Shown here: positions 1 through 13,419 of the stretch, in pieces
Layout of the letters: every line of letters begins with the position of its first letter
Numbering within the stretch: the first letter of the stretch is position 1
From: the human T2T-CHM13v2.0 reference genome, Homo sapiens
Length of the DNA stretch: 64,000 bases
NCBI RefSeq assembly: GCF_009914755.1
Contig: NC_060933.1
Strand: one strand, 5' to 3'
Position numbers and translations under genes: made by a program
Notes under the pieces: generated by a model
Told to the model about the DNA's origin: nothing
The model's input: the letters and a program-made list of their open reading frames with translations, nothing else
Databases searched by the model: none

Positions 1-426
1 CCATTCCATTACATTCGGATTGATTCTATTCAACTCCCTTACTCTCCATTACATTACATTCCATTCGGGTTGTTCCATTCCATTCCATTCCATTCCGAAT
101 GATTCCATTCCATTGCATTCCATTCGATTACATTCCCCTGCACTCGCGTTGATTCCATTCCATTCCATTCCATTCCATTCTATTCCATTCTATTACAATT
201 CGTTCCATTCCATTCTATTCCGTACCATTCCATTCCATTCCATACCATTCCATTCCATTCCATTCCATTCCATTCCATTCCATTCCATTCCGTTCCATTC
301 CGTTCCATTCCATTCCATTTTATTCGGGTTAATTCCATTCCATTCCATTCCATTCCATTCTTTTCCATTCCATTGCAATCGAGTTGAATCCATTGCATTT
401 CATTCCATTCCATTCCATTCCATTGC

Positions 427-441
427 ATTCCGGAAGATTCC
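427..441. promoter_or_regulatory. Perfect three-unit heat-shock-element match aTTCc-gGAAg-aTTCc (representative of several dozen copies)
   Basis: It matches the alternating nTTCn-nGAAn-nTTCn HSF consensus exactly. Other copies are at 1160, 2189, 43386, 43431 and 46931, and inverted at 50601, 58591 and 63955. Binding is inferred, not shown. Confidence 0.55.
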
Positions 442-825
442 ATTCCATTGCATTCCATTCCATTCCATTCCCCTGCACTCGCGTTGATTCCATTCCATTC
501 CATTCCATTCCATTCAATTCCATTCCGTTCCGTTCCATTCCATTCCATTCCATTCCATTCCTTTCCATTCCATTACGGATGATTCCATTCCATTGCATTC
601 CATTCCATTCCATTCCCCTGTACTCGGGATGATTCCATTCCATTGCATTCCAATCCATGCCCTTCCACTCGTGTTGATTCCATTCTTTCCATTCCATTCA
701 AGTTGAATCCATTCCATTGTATTCCATTCCATTCGATTCCATTCGATTGCACTTGGGTTGATACCATTCCATTGCATTCCATTCCATTCCATTCCATTCC
801 ATTCCATTCCGTTCCATTCCATTCC

Positions 826-1069
826 ATTACATTCGGATTGATTCTATTCAATTCCCTTACACTCCATTACATTCCATTCCATTCGGGTAGTTTCCATTCC
901 ATTCCATTCCATTCCTCTCCATTCCATTGCACTCGGGTTGATTCCATTCCATTGCATTCCATTCCATTCCATTCAATTCCATTCCGTTCCATTCCATTCC
1001 ATTACATTCGGATTGACTCTATTCAACTCCCTTACTCTCCATTACATTCCATTCCATTCGGGTTGTTCC
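826..1069 (+). repeat. Paired ~70-bp non-pentamer cassettes (variant B then variant A, 175 bp apart); representative copy
   Basis: Variant B is ATTACATTCGGATTGATTCTATTCAATTCCCTTACACTCC...CGGGTAGTTTCC (826-895). Variant A is ...CAACTCCCTTACTCTCC...CGGGTTGTTCC (1001-1069). The pair recurs many times on both arms. Confidence 0.85.
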
Positions 1070-4000
1070 ATTCCATTCCATTCCATTCCACTCCATTCCA
1101 TTGCACTCGGGTTTATTCCATTCCATTCCACAACATTCCATTCCATTCCATTCCATTCCATTCCGGAAGATTCCATTCCATTGCATTCCATTCCATTACA
1201 TTCCCCTGCACTCGCGTTGATTCCATTCCATTCCATTCCATTCCATTCCATTCCATTCCTTTCCGTTCCATTGCATTCCATTCCATTCCATTCGATTCCA
1301 TTCCATTCCGTTCCGTTCCGTTCCGTTCCGTTCCATTCCATTCCATTCCATTCTATTCGGGTTAACTCCATTCCATTCCATTCGATTGCAATCGAGTTGA
1401 TTCCATTCCATTCCATTCCATTCCATTCCATTCCATTCCATTCCATTACGGATGATTCCATTCCATTGCATTCCATTCCATTCCATTCCCCTGTACTCGG
1501 GTTGATTCCATTCCATTCCATTCCAATCCATGCCATTCCACTCGTGTTGATTCCATTCTTTCCATTCCATTCAAGTTGAATCCATTCCATTGCATTCCAT
1601 TCCATTCCATTCCCCTGCAGTCGGGTTGACTCCATTCCATTCCATTCCTTTCCATTCCATTCCATTCCATTCCGTTCCGTTCCGTTCCGTTCCATTCCAT
1701 TCCATTCTATTCGGGTTAATTCCATTCCATTCCATTCCATTCCAATCGAGTTGATTCCATTCCATTCCATTCCATTCCATTCCACTCCATTCCAGTCCTT
1801 TCCATTCCATTCCACTCGTGTTGATTCCATTCCCTTCCATTCCATTCCATACCATTCCATTCCATTCCATTCCGTTCCATTCCGTTCCATTCCATTCCAT
1901 TCCATTCTATTCGGATTAATTCCATTCCATTCCATTCCATTCCATTCTATTCCATTCCGTTGCAATCGAGTTGAATCCATTGCATTTCATTCCATTCCAT
2001 TCCATTCCATTCCATTCCGGAATTTTCCATTCCATTGCGTTCCATTCCATTCCATTCCATTCCGGTCCTTTCCATTCCATTCCATTCCATTCCGTTCCGT
2101 TCCATTCCATTCCATTCCATTCTATTCTGGTTAATTCCATTCCATTCCATTCCATTCCATTCCATTCCATTCCATTCCATTCCGTTCCATTCCGGAAGAT
2201 TCCATTCCATTGCATTCCATTCCATTCCATTCCCCTGCACTCGCGTTGATTCCATTCCATTCCATTCCATTCCATTCCATTCCATTCCATTCCTTTCCGT
2301 TCCATTCCATTCCATTCCATTCCATTCCATTCCATTCCGGAAGATTCCATTCCATTGCATTCCATTCCATTCCCCTGCACTCGCGTTGATTCCATTCCAT
2401 TCCATTCCATTCCATTCCATTCCATTCCATTCCTTTCCGTTCCATTCCATTCCATTCCATTCCATTCCATTCCATTCCGTTCCGTTCCGTTCCTTTCCAT
2501 TCCATTCCATTCCATTCCATTCCATTCGGGTTAATTCCAGTCCATTCCATTCGATTGCAATCGAGTTGATTCCATTCCATTCCATTCCATTCCATTCCAT
2601 TCAATTCCATTCCTTTCCATTCCACTACGGATGATTCCATTCCATTGCATTCCATTCCATTCCATTCCCCTGTACTCGGGTTCATTCCATTCCATTCCAT
2701 TCCAATCCATGCCATTTCACTCGTGTTGATTCCATTCTTTCCATTCCATTCAAGTTGAATCCATTCCTTTGCATTCCATTCCATTCCATTCCCCTGCAGT
2801 CGGGTTGATTCCATTCCATTCCATTCCATTCCATTCCATTCCATTCCGTTCCTTTCCATTCCATTCCATTCCTTTCCATTCTATTCAGGTTAATTCCATT
2901 CCATTCCATTCCATTCCAATCCATTCCATTCCAATCGACTTTATTCCATTCCATTCCATTCCATTCCATTCCACTCCATTCCAGTCCTTTCCATTGCATT
3001 CCACTCGGGTTGATTCCAATGTATTCCTTTCCATTCCGTTCCATTCCATTGCAATCGAGTTGATTCCATTTCTTTGCATTCCATTCCATTCCATTCCATT
3101 CCATTCCATTCGGATTCATTCTATTCAATTCCCTTACACTCCATTACATTCCATTCCATTCGTGTAGTTTCCATTCCATTCCATTCCTCTCCATTCCATT
3201 GCACTCGGGTTGATTCCATTCCATTCCATTCCATTCCATTCCATTCCATTCCATTCCATTCCATTCCATTCCGGATGATTCCATTCCATTGAATGCCATT
3301 GCATTCCATTCCCCTGCACTTGGGTTGATTCCATTCCATTCCATTACATTCCTTTCTTTTCCATTCCATTCCATTCCATTCCATTCTTTCGTGTTAATTC
3401 CATTCCATTCTCTTCCATTCCATTCCATTGAAATCGAGTTGATTCCATTCCATTCCATTCCATTCCATTCCATTCCATTCCATTCCGGATGATTCCATTC
3501 CTTTCCATTCCATTCTATTCCATTCCATTGTACTCGGGTTGATTCCATTCCATTGCATTCCATTCCATTCCATTCCATTCCATTCCGTTGCATTCCATTC
3601 CATTACATTCGGATTGATTCTATTCAACTCCCTTACTCTCCATTACATTCCATTCCATTCGGGTTGTTCCATTCCATTCCATTCCATTCCACTCCATTCC
3701 ATTGCACTCGGGTTGATTCCATTCCATTCCATTCCATTCCATTCCATTCCGGATGATTCCATTCCATTGCATTCCGTTCCATTACATTCCCCTGCACTCG
3801 CGTTGATTCCATTCCATTCCATTCAATTCCATTCCATTACAATTCGTTCCATTCCATTCTATTCCGTACCATTCCATTCCATTCCATACCATTCCATTCC
3901 ATTGCATTCCATTCCTTTCCATTCCGTTCCATTGCATTCTATTCGGGTTAATTCCATTCCATTCCATTCCATTCCATTCTATTCCATTCCATTGCAATCG

Positions 4001-7000
4001 AGTTGAATCCATTGCATTTCATTCCATTCCATTCCATTCCATTCCATTCCGGAATATTCTATTCCATTGCATTCCATTCCATTCCATTCCCCTGCACTCG
4101 CGTTGATTCCATTCCATTCCATTCCATTCCATTCCATTCCATTCCATTCCATTCCATTCCGTTCCGTTCCGTTCCATTCCATTCCATTCCATTCCATTCC
4201 AATCCATTCCGTTCCGTTCCATTCCATTCCATTCCATTCTATTCGGGTTAATTCCATTCCATTCCATTCGATTGCAATCGTGTTGATTCCATTCCATTCC
4301 ATTCCATTCCATTCCATTCCATTGCATTCCTTTCCATTCCATTACGGATGATTCCATTTCATTGCATTCCATTCCATTCCATTCCCCTGTACTCGGGTTG
4401 ATTCCATTCCATTGCATTCCAATCCATGCCCTTCCAGTCGTTTTGATTCCATTCTTTCCATTCCATTCAAGTTGAATCCATTCCATTGCATTCCATTCCA
4501 TTCGATTCCATTCGATTGCACTCGGGTTGATTCCATTCCATTGCATTCCATTCATTTCCATTCCATTCCATTCCATTCCATTCCATTCCATTCCATTCCA
4601 TTCCGTTCCGTTCCATTCCATTCCATTACATTCGGATTGATTCTATTCAATTCCCTTACACTCCATTACATTCCATTCCATTCGGGTAGTTTCCATTCCA
4701 TTCCATTCCATTCCTCTCCATTCCATTGCACTCGGGTTGATTCCATTCCATTGCATTCCATTCCATTCCATTCAATTCCATTCCGTTCCATTCCATTCCA
4801 TTACATTCGGATTGATTCTATTCAACTCCCTTACTCTCCATTACATTCCATTCCATTTCATTCCATTCCATTCCATTCCATTCCACTCCATTCCATTGCA
4901 CTCGGGTTTATTCAATTCCATTCCATTCCATTCCATTCCATTCCATTCCATTCCATTCCATTCCATTCCGGAAGATTCCATTCCATTGCATTCCATTCCA
5001 TTCCATTCCCCTGCACTCGCGTTGATTGCATTCCATTCCATTCCATTCCATTCCATTCCTTTCCGTTCCATTCTATTCCATTCCATTCGATTGCAATCGA
5101 GTTGATTCCATTCCATTCCATTCCATTCCATTCCATTCCTTTCCATTCCATTACGGATGATTCCATTCCATTGCATTCCATTCCATTCCATTCCCCTGTA
5201 CTCGGGTTGATTCCATTTCATTCCATTCCATTCCATTCTATTCCATTCCATTCCATTCCATTCCAGAAGTTTCCATTCCATTGCATTCCATTCCATTCCA
5301 TTCCCCTGCACTCGCGTTGATTCCATTCCATTCCATTCCATTCCATTCCATTGCATTCCATTCCGATCCATTCCATTCCATTCCATTCCATTCCATTCCG
5401 TTCCGTTCCATTCCATTCCATTCCATTCCATTCCATTCTATTCGGGTTAATTCCATTCCATTCCATTCAATTGCAATCGAGTTGATTCCATTCCATTCCA
5501 TTCCATTCCATTCCATTCCATTCCATTCCATTCCATTCCTTTCCATTACATTACGGGTGATTCCATTCCATTTCATTCCATTCCATTCCATTCCCCTGTA
5601 CGCGGGTTGATTCTATTCCATTCCATTCCAATCCATGCCATTCCACTCGTGTTGATTCCATTCTTTCCATTCCATTCAAGTTGAATCCATTCCATTGCAT
5701 TCCATTCCATTCGATTCCATTCGATTGCACTCGGATTGATTCCATGGCATTGCATTCCATTCCATTCCATTCCAATCCATTCGTTTCCATTCCATTCCAT
5801 TCCATTCCATTCGGATTCATTCTATTCAATTCCCTTACACTCCATTAGATTCCATGCCATTCGTGTAGTTTCCATTCCATTCCATGCCATTCCTCTCCAT
5901 TCCATTGCACTCGGGTTGATTCCATTCCATTCCATTCCATTCCATTCCATTCCATTCCATTCCATTCCATTCCATTCCGGATGATTCCATTCCATTGAAT
6001 TCCATTCCATTCCATTCCCCTGCACTTGTGTTGATTCCATTCCATTCCATTCCGTTCCTTTCTGTTCCATTCCATTCCATTCCATTCTATTCTTGTTAAT
6101 TCCGTTCCATTCTATTCCATTCCATTCCATTGAAATCGAGTTGATTTCATTCCATTCAATTCCATTCCATTCCATTCAATTCCATTCGGGATGATTCCAT
6201 TCCATTTTATTCCATTCCATTCCATTCCACTGCACTCGGGTTGATTCCATTCCATTCCATTCCATTACATTCCATTCCATTCCGTTCCATTTCATTCTAT
6301 TCGGGTTAATTCCATTCCATTCCATTCCACTCCATTCCAGTCCTTTCCATTCCATTCCACTCGGGTTGATTCCATTCTATTCCTTTCAATTCCATTCCAT
6401 TCCATTGCAATCGAGTGGATTCCATTCGAGTTGAATCCATTCCATTCCATTCCATTCCATTCCATTGCACACGGGTTCATTCCATTCCATTACATTCCAT
6501 TCCATTCCATTCCATTCCATTTCATTCCATTCCATTCTATTCCGTACCATTCCATTCCATCCCATTCCATTCCGTTCCATTCCATGACATTACACTCGGG
6601 TTGATTCCATTCCTTTCCATTCCATTCTTGTTGAATCCATTCCATTCCATTCCATTCCATTCGAATCCATTCCATTGCACTCGGGTTGATTCCATTCCAT
6701 TCCATTCCATTCCATTTCATTCCATTCCATTCCGTTACATTCGGATTGATTCTATTCAATTCCCTTACACTCCATTACATTCCATTCCATTCGGGATGTT
6801 TCCATTCCATTCCATTCCATTCCACTCCATTCCATTGCATCAGGTTGATTGCATTGCATTCCATTCCATTCCATTCCGGATGATTCCATTCCATTGCATT
6901 CCATTCTATTCCATTCCCCTGCACTCGGGTTGATTCCATTCCATTCCATTCCAATCCATTCCATTCCATTCCATTCCATTCCGTTCCATTACATTCCATT

Positions 7001-7495
7001 CCATTCTATTCCGGTAAATTCCATTGCATTCCATTCGATTCCATTCCATTCCATTCCATTCCATTGCAGTCGGGTTGATTCCATTCCATTGCATTCCATT
7101 CCATTCCATTCCGTTCCATTCCATTCCATTCCATTCTATTCGGGTTAATTCTATTCCATTCCATTCCATTCCATTCCATTCCATTCCGTTCCATTCCATT
7201 CCATTCCATTCTATTCGGGTTAATTCCATTCCATTCCATTCCATTCCATTGCATTCCATTCCATTCCATTCCCCTGCACTCGGGTTGATTCCATTCCATT
7301 CCACTCCATTCCGTTCCATTCCATTCCATTCCATTTTATTCGGGTTAATTCCATTCCATTCCATTCCATTCCATTCCATTCCATTCCATTCCATTCCATT
7401 CCATTACAATCGAGTTGATTCCATTTCATTTCATTCCATTCCATTAAATTCCATTCCAGTCCTTTCCATTCCATTCCACTCGGGTTGATTCCATT

Positions 7496-7602
7496 CTATT
7501 AGTTTGCATTCCATTCCATTCCCTTCCATTCCACTCTGGTTGATTCCATTCCTTTCCATTCCACTCGAATTCATTCCCTCCTATTCCACTCGGAACGATT
7601 CC
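7496..7602 (+). repeat. Recurrent ~105-bp diverged cassette (CTATTAGTTT...CTCTGGTTG...CTCGAATACATTCCCTCCTATTCCACTCGGAACG); representative copy
   Basis: It also occurs at ~10803, 11352, 13116, 16081, 37278, 39514, 42879 and 45452, and inverted at ~47750, 49010, 49680, 54455 and 62217. Confidence 0.85.
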
Positions 7603-8388
7603 ATTCCATTCCATTCCATTCCATTCCATTCCATTCCAGTTCCTTCCATTCCATTCTATTCCGTACCATTCCATTCCATTCCATTCCTTTCCATTCCATT
7701 CCTTTCCACTCGTGTTGATTCCATTCCTTTCCATTCCATTCGGTTTGAAGGCATTCCATTCCATTCCATTCCATTCCATTCCATTCCGTTCCGTTCCATT
7801 CCATTCCATTCCATTCCATTCCATTCCATTCCATTCCGTTCCGTTCCATTCCATTCCATTCCATTCTATTCGGGTTAATTCCATTCCATTCCATTCGATT
7901 GCCATCGAGTTGATTCCATTCCATTCCATTCCATTCCATTCCATTCCATTCCATTCCATTCCATTCCATTCCATTCCATTCCTTTCCATTCCATTACGGA
8001 TGACTCCATTCCATTGCATTCCATTCCATTCCATTCCCCTGTACTCGGGTTGATTCCATTCCATTCCATTACACTCCATTCGGTTCCGTTGCATTCCATT
8101 CTATTGCATTCCATTCTATTCTGGTTAATTCCATTCCATTCTATTCCATTCCATTCCATTCCATTCCATTGCAATGGAGTTGATTCCATTCCATTCCATT
8201 CCATTCCGGATGATTCCATTCCATTGCATTCCATTCCATTCCATTGCACTGCACTCGTGTTCATTCCATTCCGTCCATTCCATTCCATTCCATTCTATTC
8301 CGGTTAATTCCATTCCATTCCATTCCATTCCATTCCATTCCATTGCAATCGAGTTGATTCCATTCCATTCCTTTCCATTCCATTCCAT

Positions 8389-8474
8389 TGTCTTGCATTC
8401 CACTCGGGTTGATTCCATTCCCTTCTTTCCACTCCATTACATTCCCTTCCATTCCACTCGGAATGATTGATTCC
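8389..8474 (+). repeat. Recurrent cassette (CTTGCATTCCACTCGGG...CCCTTCTTTCCACTCC...CTCGGAATGATTGATTCC); representative copy
   Basis: It also occurs at ~17229, 20266, 23213, 24545, 28255, 29586 and 35342, and inverted with a short deletion at ~61200-61270. Confidence 0.85.
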
Positions 8475-11400
8475 ATTCCATTCCATTCCATTTCATTCCA
8501 TTGCAATCCATTCCAATCCATTCCATTCCATTCCATTCCACTCGAGTTGACTTCATTCAATTCCTTTCCATTCCATTCCATTCCTTTCCACTCGAGTTGA
8601 TTCCATTCCATTCCAATCCATTGCATTCCATTCCATGCCATTCCACTCGGGTTGATTCCATTCCTTTGCATTCCATTCCATTCCATTCCATTCCATTCCG
8701 TTGCATTCCATTCCATTACATTCGGATTGATTCTATTCAACTCCCTTACTCTCCATTACATTCCATTCCATTCGGGTTGTTCCATTCCATTCCATTCCAT
8801 TCCACTCCATTCCATTGCACTCGGGTTGATTCCATTCCATTCCATTCCATTCCATTCCATTCCATTCCGGATGATTCCATTCCATTACATTCCGTTCCAT
8901 TACATTCCCCTGCACTTGCGTTGATTCCATTCCATTCCATTCCATTCCATTCCATTCAATTCCATTCCATTACAATTCGTTCCATTCCATTCTATTCCGT
9001 ACCATTCCATTCCATTCCATACCATTCCATTCTATTCCATTCCATTCCATTCCATTCCATTCCGTTCCATTCCGTTCCATTCCATTCCATTCCATTCTAT
9101 TCGGGTTAATTCCATTCCATTCCATTCGATTGCAATCGTGTTGATTCCATTCTATTCCATTCCATTCCATTCCATTCCATTCCATTCCATTCCATTCCTT
9201 TCCATTCCATTACGGATGATTCCATTCCATTGCATTCCATTCCATTCCATTCCCCTGTACTCGGGTTGATTCCATTCCATTGCATTCCAATCCATGCCCT
9301 TCCACTCGTGTTGATTCCATTCTTTCCATTCCATTCAAGTTGAATCCATTCCATTGCATTCCATTCCATTCGATTCCATTCGATTGCACTCGGGTTGATT
9401 CCATTCCATTGCATTCCATTCCATTCCATTCCATTCCATTCCATTCCATTCCATTCCGTTCCATTCCATTCCACTACATTCGGATTGATTCTATTCAATT
9501 CCCTTACACTCCATTACATTCCATTCCATTCGGGTAGTTTTCATTCCATTCCATTCCATTCCTCTCCATTCCATTGCACTCGGGTTGATTCCATTCGATT
9601 GCATTCCATTCCATTCCATTCAATTCCATTCCGTTCCATTCCATTCCATTACATTCGGATTGATTCTATTCAACTCCCTTACTCTCCATTACATTCCATT
9701 CCATTCGGGTTGTTCCATTCCATTCCATTCCATTCCACTCCATTCCATTGCACTCGGGTTGATTCCATTCCATTCCATTCCATTCCATTAAATTCCATTC
9801 CATTCCGGAAGATTCCATTCCATTGCATTCCATTCCATTCCATTCCCCTGCACTCGCGGTGATTCCATTCCATTCCATTCCATTCCATTCCATTCCATAC
9901 CTTTCCGTTCCATTCCATTCCATTCCATTCCATTCCATTCCATTCCGTTCCGTTCCATTCCCTTCCATTCCATTCCATTCCATTCCATTCGGGTTAATTC
10001 CAGTCCATTCCATTCGATTGCAATCGAGTTGATACCATTCCATTCCATTCCATTCCATTCCATTCCATTCCATTCCTTTCCATTCCATTACGGATGATTC
10101 CATTCCATTGCATTCCATTCCATTCCATTCCCCTGTACTCGGGTTCATTCCATTCCATTCCATTCCAATCCATGCCATTCCACTCGTGTTGATTCCATTC
10201 TTTCCATTCCATTCAAGTTGAATCCATTCCATTGCATTCCATTCCATTCCATTCCCCTGCAGTTGGGTTGATTCCATTCCATTCCATTCCATTCCATTCC
10301 ATTCCATTCCATTCCGTTCCGTTCTGTTCCGTTCCGTTCCATTCCATTCCTTTCCATTCTATTCGGGTTAATTCCATTCCATTCCATTCCATTCCATTCC
10401 ATTCCATTCCATTCCAATCGAGTTGATTCCATTCCATTCCATTCCATTCCATTCCACTCCATTCCAGTCCTTTCCATTCCATTCCACTCGGGTTGATTCC
10501 AATGTATTCCTTTCCATTCCGTTCCATTCCATTGCAATCGAGTTGATTCCATTTTTTGCATTCCATTCCATTCCGGATGATTCCATTCCATTGCATTCCA
10601 TTCCATTCCATTCCCCTGCACTCGGGTTGATTCCATTCCATTCCATTCCATTCCGTTGCATTCCATTCCATTCCAATGTATTCGGAATAATTCCATTCCA
10701 TTCCATGCCATTCCATTCCATTCCATTTCAATCGAGTTGAATCCATTCCATTCCATTCCATTCCAGTCCTTTCCATTCCATTCCACTCGGGTTGATTCCA
10801 TTCTATTAGTTTCCATTCCATTCCATTCCCTTCCATTCCACTCTGGTTGATACCATTCCTTTCCATTCCACTCGAATACATTCCCTCCTATTCCACTCGG
10901 AACGATTCCATTCCATTCCATTCCATTTCATTCCATTCCATTCCAATCGAGTTGATTCCATTCCATTCCATTCCATTCCATTCCACTCCATACCAGTCCT
11001 TTCCTTTCCGTTCCACTCGGGTTGATTCCAATATATTCCTTTCCATTCCATTCCATTCCATTGCAATCGAGTTGATTCCATTGCTTTGCATTGCGTTCCA
11101 TTCCATTCCATTCCGGATGATTCCATTCCATTGTATTCCATTCCATTCCACTCCCCTGCACTCGGGTTGATTCCATTCCATTCCACTCCATTCCGTTCCA
11201 TTCCATTCCATTGCATTGTATTCGGGTTAATTCCATTCCATTCCATTCCATTCCATTCCATTCCATTCCATTCCATTACAATTGAGTTGATTCCATTCCA
11301 TTCCATTCCATTCCAGTCATTTCCATTCCATTCCCCTCGCGTTGATTCCATTCTATTAGTTTCCATTCCATTCCATTCCCTTCCATTCCACTCAGGTTTT

Positions 11401-13419
11401 TTCCATTCCTTTCCATTCCACTCGAATACATTCCCTCCTATTCCACTCGGAAGGATTCCATTCCATTCCATTCCATTCCTTTCCATTCCATTCCATTCCA
11501 TTCCATTCCATTCCATTCCATTTCGTTCCATTCCATTCTATTCCGTATCATTCCATTCCATTCCATTCCATTCCATTCCATTCCATTCCATTCCATTCCA
11601 TTCCATTCCATTCCATTCCATTGTACTCGGGTTGATTCCATTCCATTCCATTCCATTCCATTCCATTCCATTCCATTCCGTTGCATTCCATTCCATTACA
11701 TTCGGATTGATTCTATTCAACTCCCTTACTCTCCATTACATTCCATTCCATTCGGGTTGTTCCATTCCATTCCATTCCATTCCACTCCATTCCATTGCAC
11801 TCGGGTTGATTCCATTCCATTCCATTCCATTCCATTCCATTCCGGATGATTCCATTCCATTGCATTCCGTTCCATTACATTCCCCTGCACTCGCGTTGAT
11901 TCCATTCCATTCCATTCCATTCCATTCAATTCCATTCCATTACAATTCGTTCCATTCCATTCTATTCCGTACCATTCCATTCCATTCCATACCATTCCAT
12001 TCCATTCCATTCCATTCCATTCCATTCCGTTCCATTCCGTTCCATTCCATTCCATTCCATTCTATGCGAATTAATTCCATTCCATTCCATTCCATTCCAT
12101 TCTATTCCATTCCATTGCAATCGAGTTGAATCCATTGCATTTCATTCCATTCCATTCCATTCCATTCCATTCCGGAAGATTCCATTCAATTGCATTCCAT
12201 TCCATTCCATTCCCCTGCACTCGCGTTGATTCCATTCCATTCTATTCCATTCCATTCCATTCCATTCCATTCCATTCCATTCCATTCCGTTCCGTTCAAT
12301 TCCATTCCATTCCATTCCGTTCCGTTCCATTCCATTCCATTCCATTCTTTTCTGGTTAATTCCATTCCATTCCATTCGATTGCAATCGAGTTGATTCCAT
12401 TCCATTCCATTCCATTCCATTCCATTCCATTCCTTTCCATTCCATTACGGATGATTCCATTCCATTGCATTCAATTCCATTCCATTCCCCTGTACTCGGG
12501 TTGATTCCATTCCATTCCATTCCAATCCATGCCATTCCACTCGTGTTGATTCCATTCTTTCCATTCCATTCAAGTTGATTCCATTCCATTCCATTCCATT
12601 CCATTCCATTCCATTCCATTCCATTCCGTTCCGTTCCGTTCCGTTCCGTTCCATTCCATTCCATTCTATTCGGGTTAATTCCATTCCATTCCATTCCATT
12701 CCATTCCATTCCATTCCAATCGAGTTGATTCCATTCCATTCCATTCCATTCCATTCCACTCCATTCCAGTCCTTTCCATTCCATTCCACTCGGGTTGATT
12801 CCAATGTATTCCTTTCCATTCCATTCCATTCTATTGCAATCGAGTTGATTCCATTGCTTTGCATTCCATTCCATTCCATTCCATTCCGGATGATTTCATT
12901 CCATTGCATTCCATTCCATTCCATTCCCCTGCACTCGGGTTGATTCCATTCCTTTCCACTCCATTCCGTTCCATTCCATTCCATTCCATTGTATTCGGGT
13001 TAATTCCATTCCATTCCATTCCATTCCTTTACATTCGAGTTGATTCCATTCCATTCCATTCCATTCCATTTCGTTCCAGTCATTTCCATTCCATTCCACT
13101 CGGGTTGATTCCATTCTATTAGTTTCCATTCCATTACATTCCCTTCCATTCCACTCTGGTTGATACCATTCCTTTCCATTCCACTCGAATACATTCCCTC
13201 CTATTCCACTCGGATCGATTCCATTCCATTCCATTCCATTCCTTTCCATTCCATTCCATTCAATTTCGTTCCATTCCATTCTATTCCGTATCATTCCATT
13301 CCATTCCGTTCCATTCCATTCCATTCCATTCCACTCGAGTTGATTCCATTCCTTTCCATTCCATTCTGTTTGAAGGCATTCCATTCCATTCCATTCCATT
13401 CCATTCCATTCCATTCCAT

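Larger units (their letters stand above)
1..2300 (+). repeat. Dispersed copy of part of the 5-kb unit (paralogous to ~24878-26990 and ~29929-32300)
   Basis: It shares rare variants CCATTACATTACATT, CCGAATGAT (95), TTTTATTCGGG, CCATTGTATTCC, GGATTGACTCT, GGGTTAACTCC and GGGTTGACTCC in the same order, at offsets of ~24.88 kb and ~29.93 kb. Confidence 0.85.

Noticed and set aside
826-1069. CRISPR-like arrangement of recurrent cassettes separated by intervening sequence
   Set aside because: The intervening sequence is satellite pentamer rather than unique spacers, spacing is irregular, and there are no cas genes.
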